This document shows, piece by piece, positions 44,198-49,675 of a DNA stretch of 49,675 bases. Below the pieces are notes generated by a model, which was not told where the DNA came from, ran no database searches, and saw only the letters and a list, made by a program, of their open reading frames with translations. The DNA is taken from positions 1 to 49,675 of the IMG/VR virus record IMGVR_UViG_3300043447_000138. The stretch is one strand, 5' to 3'. The stretch comes from a virus (Duplodnaviria; Caudoviricetes). The translations under genes and the position numbers were made by a program. Position 1 is the stretch's first letter; the number at the start of each line of letters is the position of its first letter.

Positions 44198-46912
44198 TTA
44201 CTCAAAACTGAATAAGTCTTGGAATGTGCTACGAATGTTGGTAGTCTCTCGTAGATTCCAGTTGAGTACACCGATAATGTTCTCAATCTTTTCATCAACA
44301 AGTGCTTGTTCCATAGCGGCGTCATCGAACGGTAGTTCTTTGAACCAATCTGGTAGGCGAATCTCGTCAACGGGATAAGCGATTGATGTGATACCAAGTG
44401 GATTGTCTTTGAGTTTACAGACCACAATCTTCATACCATCGACAATCTTCATTGAGTAGTTGTCGCCGTTCATTCTACGTAGATAATTCCAGTTGATAGA
44501 GGCACGAGTGTGACCAGGCATGTTGATCTTCTCTGCGAGTTTGCCGAATTGAGAACTTGCCGACTTTGCCACCTTTTCCTCATACGAAGTCAGCTTCTTA
44601 ATGCCCTTAGGTGAGCCTTTCTCCCAAGGTTGTAGCGTTTGTAAGTACTCTTTAAACTCACGAATAGCGGCCACAACTTCTTCTCGCTCACGACCCGCTA
44701 ATACAAGCGTTAGGATCTTCATCAAGAATTCTTGAATGAATTTAGGAGTATCACTGCGCTTGATATCAAGACCAGTAACTTTTACATCACCCATCTTGCC
44801 TTCTTTGTCTTTGCGCTTACCTTCTTTGTCATACACGTTTACTGCGTACTTCTTCTTGGTCACAAATATGCCACGATCTGCTACGATTTCTCGACCGGCT
44901 TTGATAATCTCACCATTCTTACGTGGGCAATGGAAAGCACGTTCCATAAACTCAGGGAAAGAACTGTTGACTGATTCGCCTAGTTGATCGTAAATCTCAA
45001 TAGCGGTATCTTTGTTCCAGTTCTTTGCCATGTCCTTATCTTTACGTAGAACTGGCCAAGCTGAGAAGTAGGCGGAGTCAGTATCGTTATAGATGATTGA
45101 TTCACCCGTGTGGTCATACTCACCAGCAATCGCTTCATTTAGATACGCTGACATATGCTTAACAATCTGACGACCTGTTAGAGTTGTTGACTGACCGATG
45201 CGCTTATCATAGAAACGACAATGCTTGTTCAAGAGAGCGCCGTAGGCTGAGTTCAATAGAATCTTACGAACTAGCTGGCGCTTGTCATAGTATTCAAACT
45301 CTTCTTTGTCTGTAGCGTTCTTGGCTTTCTTCTGTAGCTCTTTACGCTCCGAGTACCACTTTGTTAATAGACCAGGGATAACACCCTCAGTCTTGTAACT
45401 AAAGATAGTACCGTTAGCACTTAGCATCCATGGTTGATTGCTGTTAAAGATTAGTTGCCATGCTTCTGCGGCTGATAGTTCATCACTACCGCCGGCTTCC
45501 CAATCAATAGTTAAGATAGTACCGCGCTCTTGATTCATTACTGCTGTGTATTCTAGGGCGCCGAATACGCCTTCCCACGCAGCCGCAAATGAAACTTTCG
45601 GGTTCTTCATCTTTTCGGCAATATACCTGTCAGTAAGTACGGGACGGATCTGCCCGACAATGGTTTCTGGTGCCATGTTGAGGGCACGGATTGTTGAAGG
45701 GTAGAGTGAGTTAAGGTCGACTGCGGCGATCCACTCGTGCATTCCCTTTTTGGGATAAGCAACATAGGCACCGACCGCCCCATCATCGTTCTGTTCTTCG
45801 TCATCGCTGTCGAAATCATTTGTATCTCTCTGTTTATTAGGAACCATTAATCCACGTTCGTGGGCTTCGTTGATTACTGCCTGCTCGATTAGAGCTACAG
45901 AACCCATTGCTGTTTGTAGCAACACTGTGTTCTGATGGGCAATACTACATGCCAAGTCTAAGAACTTTAGCTTGTCATGAATCTTGAATAGCAACATCGT
46001 ATCTTGTCTGTTGTATTCTAAGAATGTCTTCCAGTCTTTGTTGTAAAGCTGGTCTAGGGTACCTTCATACTGAGTCTTGGTCTCACCAACTTCCATCTCG
46101 CCAATGAAGTCGAGTTTGTAGGAGTGACGAGATTCATAGTTGTACTTCTTGTAGAGTTCAAGATAGTCCATATGAACACGGCCGATCAAGTCGTATGTTT
46201 CTTCTTCTTGGTCGAACTTCATGTACTTGCGTTTCTTAGGAAGTTGTTTCCACAAGCAGAAGCGACGAGTATCGTCTTTACTCATAACTCTGGTGATACG
46301 ATTGACCATGTAGGGAATATCGAAGCCGCTTGAGTTCCAGCCAGTAAGTACATCCGCATCTTCAATAATGTCAAAGAACATATTGAACATTTCTGTTTCG
46401 TTAGCGACTAGATAGGTGTTTTCGAATTGTGCTACAATGCCCTCGGCAGTCTCAGGACTCATATGCTTAGGTGGAATACACAGGGTGACCAGTGTTTCTG
46501 CCCAGTCTAAGTACATAGTGATAGCAGTGATTTGGTTGAACGGATCATCTGGTGGTGCGAAGCCACGCTCAGGGTCAAAGTCAACCTCAATGTCAAAGAA
46601 ACAAGTGTGTAGTTTAGGTACGTCTGAGTTAAGATAGTTATCTTCTAAACAACGAAATACAGGACTGATATCAGCCTCATACAACTTCTTACGGCTGTTG
46701 AGTCTGACTTCTTTCTGAAATTCGTCACGCTTGTTGGTCGATACTTTGGTTAGCGACTGACCATCCACACCACGAAACTTGCCGCGAGGATCGGCATAGT
46801 AAAAGGTATAGTTAGGAGCGAATTGTTGAAAGATTCTGCGACCATTTTTATCACGTTCTACAACGTGAATGATATCTTTACTTCGCTCGTGAAATGCGTC
46901 CACGTATGACAT
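44198..46912 (-). CDS. Family B DNA polymerase
   Basis: Exo FFDIE, GWN...FD, YN..D; Pol DLNSLYPS, K..LNS.YG, YNDTDS, KKKYA. Confidence 0.97.
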   Translation of the reverse strand: MSYVDAFHERSKDIIHVVERDKNGRRIFQQFAPNYTFYYADPRGKFRGVDGQSLTKVSTNKRDEFQKEVRLNSRKKLYEADISPVFRCLEDNYLNSDVPKLHTCFFDIEVDFDPERGFAPPDDPFNQITAITMYLDWAETLVTLCIPPKHMSPETAEGIVAQFENTYLVANETEMFNMFFDIIEDADVLTGWNSSGFDIPYMVNRITRVMSKDDTRRFCLWKQLPKKRKYMKFDQEEETYDLIGRVHMDYLELYKKYNYESRHSYKLDFIGEMEVGETKTQYEGTLDQLYNKDWKTFLEYNRQDTMLLFKIHDKLKFLDLACSIAHQNTVLLQTAMGSVALIEQAVINEAHERGLMVPNKQRDTNDFDSDDEEQNDDGAVGAYVAYPKKGMHEWIAAVDLNSLYPSTIRALNMAPETIVGQIRPVLTDRYIAEKMKNPKVSFAAAWEGVFGALEYTAVMNQERGTILTIDWEAGGSDELSAAEAWQLIFNSNQPWMLSANGTIFSYKTEGVIPGLLTKWYSERKELQKKAKNATDKEEFEYYDKRQLVRKILLNSAYGALLNKHCRFYDKRIGQSTTLTGRQIVKHMSAYLNEAIAGEYDHTGESIIYNDTDSAYFSAWPVLRKDKDMAKNWNKDTAIEIYDQLGESVNSSFPEFMERAFHCPRKNGEIIKAGREIVADRGIFVTKKKYAVNVYDKEGKRKDKEGKMGDVKVTGLDIKRSDTPKFIQEFLMKILTLVLAGREREEVVAAIREFKEYLQTLQPWEKGSPKGIKKLTSYEEKVAKSASSQFGKLAEKINMPGHTRASINWNYLRRMNGDNYSMKIVDGMKIVVCKLKDNPLGITSIAYPVDEIRLPDWFKELPFDDAAMEQALVDEKIENIIGVLNWNLRETTNIRSTFQDLFSFE

Positions 46913-47211
46913 TAGAGAGTCTTACCTGTTGCTTCTAGAATGGTTTCGAGTACTGAGTGGTCACGTTGAGTCTGACCGAATTCTGCTTTGTGGGCAATTT
47001 TGATGGCTTTCTTGAGGATAGCTGGTTTGATGTTTAGCTCTTCGGCGACAGCTTTGATAGTGTCGTTCAAGCCTTCTGTTAGTGTATCAACTTCATGAAG
47101 GATCTGCATACCTTCTTTCATGACTTGATTGAGTTTGATTTTTTGGTCACCAGAAAAAGTTACGTTTTCTTCTTGGTAGTTACCGTGTTGATCTAGCGCA
47201 TCGTTTGACAT
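46912..47211 (-). CDS. DsbA/GapR-like dsDNA-binding protein
   Basis: L...I..VAEE..I.P..L.KAI..A helical pattern; AAGGAG RBS. Confidence 0.55.
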   Translation of the reverse strand: MSNDALDQHGNYQEENVTFSGDQKIKLNQVMKEGMQILHEVDTLTEGLNDTIKAVAEELNIKPAILKKAIKIAHKAEFGQTQRDHSVLETILEATGKTL

Positions 47212-47351
47212 ATAATTCTCCTTGTAAATGAATAGATATCTCTATTCTATACGAAAAATAGCATAAGTCAATGCGTATTGGATAAATAAAAGTGTAGTTC
47301 GCGGAGCCGCAATTCCCCCAACTACTCTAACGCTTATAGGAGCATCAGCAA

Positions 47352-47999
47352 ATGTATTTAGACAACAAATACACTCGTATATACTATTCTATCGTAAATA
47401 GGGCCAGAGGTAGAACATTGGTCGGTTATATCGAAAAACATCATATCATCCCAAAATCATTGGGAGGCAATGACTCATCGGAAAACTTAGTTAAACTCAC
47501 CGCAAGAGAACATTTTATATGTCATAGATTATTGACAAAAATGACGGAGGGTGAGTCTAAGTCAAAAATGCATCAAGCCGTATGGATGATGACAGTAACG
47601 AACAGTGACAACCAAAATAGACACAAAGTAACAAACCGCATCTATGAAACACTAAAATTAAATATGTCTTTGATGAAGAGGGGGAAATCTACATGGAATA
47701 AGGGAATTTCCCCATCATATGAAACTAAAATGTTATTAAGAAATAGGACTTTGAAATACAATCACTCAATTGGCAAAATATCAGATGATGAGCTTAAATT
47801 GGCGATTAAACTACCTCTAGGAGAAAAACTGCCTAGAAGAAAAACTAAAACTAAATCGATGCCTAGAAAAACTGGATATAAGTTCACCAAATCAATACCA
47901 GCCAATAGAATATGTTGTATTCATTGTCGTAAAGATATCCCCGTAGCGAATTTCGCTAATAGTCACGGCGATAAATGCAGATTAAAGAATACTCTTTAA
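47352..47999 (+). CDS. HNH homing endonuclease
   Basis: EKHHIIPKSLGG.D...NLV.LTAREHF..H; C..C..N...HG..C tail; AT-rich, opposite strand to neighbours. Confidence 0.9.
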   Translation: MYLDNKYTRIYYSIVNRARGRTLVGYIEKHHIIPKSLGGNDSSENLVKLTAREHFICHRLLTKMTEGESKSKMHQAVWMMTVTNSDNQNRHKVTNRIYETLKLNMSLMKRGKSTWNKGISPSYETKMLLRNRTLKYNHSIGKISDDELKLAIKLPLGEKLPRRKTKTKSMPRKTGYKFTKSIPANRICCIHCRKDIPVANFANSHGDKCRLKNTL

Positions 48000-48005
48000 A
48001 ATATC

Positions 48006-48089
48006 TTTCCGGCACGACTCGGATCAATTTAAGGTGAGTATAAGACCTTGTCACCCGGAGTACCGTAAAGGTCCTAAGGTAGGGTGTTC
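48006..48089 (-). ncRNA. Candidate structured RNA
   Basis: Several overlapping complementary segments in a GC-richer intergenic stretch; unverified. Confidence 0.3.
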
Positions 48090-48464
48090 CTATTTGGCGA
48101 TTTGTAGCCTAGACCAACTTGGATCTCGACTCACGTAATCGAGGGTTGGAAGACCCGTGTCAACTGGATCTAGCGTTAGCCAAACTTCGTTCGGCATATT
48201 AGGATCGAAATCGCCCATTGATAGTTCATATCCATAGTCCAAGAATTGTCGCTGTAAGTTAGGCCACATTTGCTGTGCGTTTTTTCTGTCTTTGTGATAT
48301 GAGGCATTGAATTTATCCAACTGCGCTTTGAATCTGCTCATCATCTCTTGTGAAATTCCTTGTTGCTGAGCATCTGGTATACGCGGCTCTTTAATCATTC
48401 TACTCATCATAGAGTCGAACTTGGCATCACCGGTCGCTTCGTTTATAATTTCACTGATACGCAT
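48090..48464 (-). CDS. Late hypothetical protein (TAG stop)
   Basis: MRISEIINE start. Confidence 0.7.
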   Translation of the reverse strand: MRISEIINEATGDAKFDSMMSRMIKEPRIPDAQQQGISQEMMSRFKAQLDKFNASYHKDRKNAQQMWPNLQRQFLDYGYELSMGDFDPNMPNEVWLTLDPVDTGLPTLDYVSRDPSWSRLQIAK

Positions 48465-48465
48465 A

Positions 48466-48909
48466 TTATTCTCTTTCAGTTTTTAAGACTGATCGTAAGA
48501 ACCATCCGTGTTTGCCGTGAGCATCGATGCGCTCAGCGATAAAGTTAGCGATGCCTTGTTCGTTTGCTTCTTCAGCAATAGTAAATGCTTCTTTGAGCAT
48601 AGCAGACATTTTCTCATTGTCAGCATATAGCTCAGCAATCATTAGCTCGGCACGTGGTACTTTAGTTTGGTCTTCAATGATAGATAATTCTCTCATACGG
48701 AGTAAGCTACCAGGTGCGTATTGATTGAGTACACGAACAAACTCGGCCGCTCTGTCTACTGTGTTGTCAAATACTTCGTCTGCGATTTCGTCAAAGAGAC
48801 CATGATACTCGCGGAAGTTCTTGCCTTCTACGTTCCAGTGAAAGTTCTTAGCTTTCAAATAGAAAGAGACTGCGCTTGCTTGAATGATTTTAAGTTGTTC
48901 TGCTAACAT
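48466..48909 (-). CDS. dps: Dps/ferritin-like DNA protection protein
   Basis: FHWNVEG..F...H..F...D..AE..R, H.K..W.LRS. Confidence 0.92.
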   Translation of the reverse strand: MLAEQLKIIQASAVSFYLKAKNFHWNVEGKNFREYHGLFDEIADEVFDNTVDRAAEFVRVLNQYAPGSLLRMRELSIIEDQTKVPRAELMIAELYADNEKMSAMLKEAFTIAEEANEQGIANFIAERIDAHGKHGWFLRSVLKTERE

Positions 48910-48910
48910 A

Positions 48911-49108
48911 TTATTCCCAACGTTTCTTATCAAAAGGTCTTGTTTGTTTTAGCGGCGGTTTAGCTACCGCATCTAGCCAGTCTCCAGTCTTGCCTCGTTT
49001 ACTTAGGTCTCTGGTGTCTGCCTGCTTCTTGGTAACGACAGAACTAGATGGCTTGCGTTGATTAGCAGGCACAAAACGTTCCTCTGGTAGTATGTCTTTT
49101 ATTCTCAT
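48911..49108 (-). CDS. Late small protein
   Basis: MRIKDILPE start; ATAAATA at 49116-49122. Confidence 0.65.
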   Translation of the reverse strand: MRIKDILPEERFVPANQRKPSSSVVTKKQADTRDLSKRGKTGDWLDAVAKPPLKQTRPFDKKRWE

Positions 49109-49137
49109 AATAATGTATTTATCAGTTTAGGTCAGGC

Positions 49138-49164
49138 AAAAGAAAACAGGGCCTGGGCCCTGTT
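49138..49164 (-). terminator. Intrinsic terminator
   Basis: AACAGGGC/GCCCTGTT stem plus T tract on minus strand. Confidence 0.8.
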
Positions 49165-49181
49165 ATTCTTGGTAGTGTAGA

Positions 49182-49673
49182 TTAGAACGGTGAAGCGTGT
49201 GCTAGTTCGGTTCTGATCCACTGGTTGGTAGCTACGCAGATGTATACATCAACTGTGCTGTTGCCAGCGTTGTTGAACATTCTGATCTCGCCTTGTACGC
49301 CGGTATCTGCGGCCGAGGTAGGTACTGACTGACCAAATGCGCCGGTTAGAACTACTGCGCCGTTCAAGGTTGTAGTTTGTGCCGTGATTAGTGCGCCTAG
49401 AATGTTTGTCGTATTACCTGAGCTACTTATGTTCACTGTAGCGGCACCGCCTAGGTTGACTGTTGTAGCTACTGTGTTAGCGATATTGATAGTAGTAGCA
49501 GTAGTTGTAATATCGCCGCCGTTGACGCCTAGATCGCCTGTTACAGTGGCGTTCTGTGCTACTGTTAGTGCGCCTAGCATTGCTACTGTGTTACCACTAG
49601 CGCCTACGTTTAGTGTAGCACTTGTTGAAGTGATATCACCGCCGTTGACTGCTAGATCGCCTGCTGTGCTGAA
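49182..49673 (-). CDS. Partial tail-fibre-like structural protein (3' end)
   Basis: Frame open to window edge; repeated GDL.VNGGDIT; C-terminal P.S..D.G..GE...YICVATN.W.R. Confidence 0.7.
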   Translation of the reverse strand, partial: FSTAGDLAVNGGDITSTSATLNVGASGNTVAMLGALTVAQNATVTGDLGVNGGDITTTATTINIANTVATTVNLGGAATVNISSSGNTTNILGALITAQTTTLNGAVVLTGAFGQSVPTSAADTGVQGEIRMFNNAGNSTVDVYICVATNQWIRTELAHASPF

Positions 49674-49675
49674 GT

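Noticed and set aside
44198-46912. Intein or inactivation in DNA polymerase (YNDTDS instead of YGDTDS)
   Set aside because: The length is normal, no intein motifs are seen, and the catalytic Asp residues are retained.
1-49675. Genome-wide TAG reassignment (code 15)
   Set aside because: Long genes, early and late, are uninterrupted in code 11 and coding density is high. Only one convincing internal TAG was found.

Overview
This is a 49.7-kb segment of a large (probably jumbo) T4-like dsDNA phage genome in standard genetic code. The AhpC/AhpD sequences suggest a betaproteobacterial host (inference). Contents: (1) early small-ORF blocks behind a repeated TTGACAATAAAT-N-CCTGC-TAYAAT promoter; (2) late genes behind ATAAATA boxes, many apparently leaderless and several with a capsid-targeting-like N-terminus, including a putative amidoligase; (3) IF-1, an OxyR-boxed ahpC-aldolase-SGNH-ahpD operon, Dps, UvsE and a TagD-like cytidylyltransferase; (4) dCMP deaminase, a MazG-like protein, RNase H/5'-3' exonuclease, sliding clamp, family B DNA polymerase and an HNH endonuclease. 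Two features stand out. First, a CUA-anticodon (amber suppressor) tRNA is followed 21 nt downstream by a gene with a strong RBS and an in-frame TAG at codon 4, a candidate suppressor-gated gene module in a non-recoded genome. Second, two tandem arrays of divergent small paralogs end in F-x-L-R-W and are joined by a recurring 15-bp junction (TTGAGGTGGGCATGA) that encodes the C-terminus, the Shine-Dalgarno, the stop and the next start at once. All product calls come from motif recognition by eye; no database searches were run.
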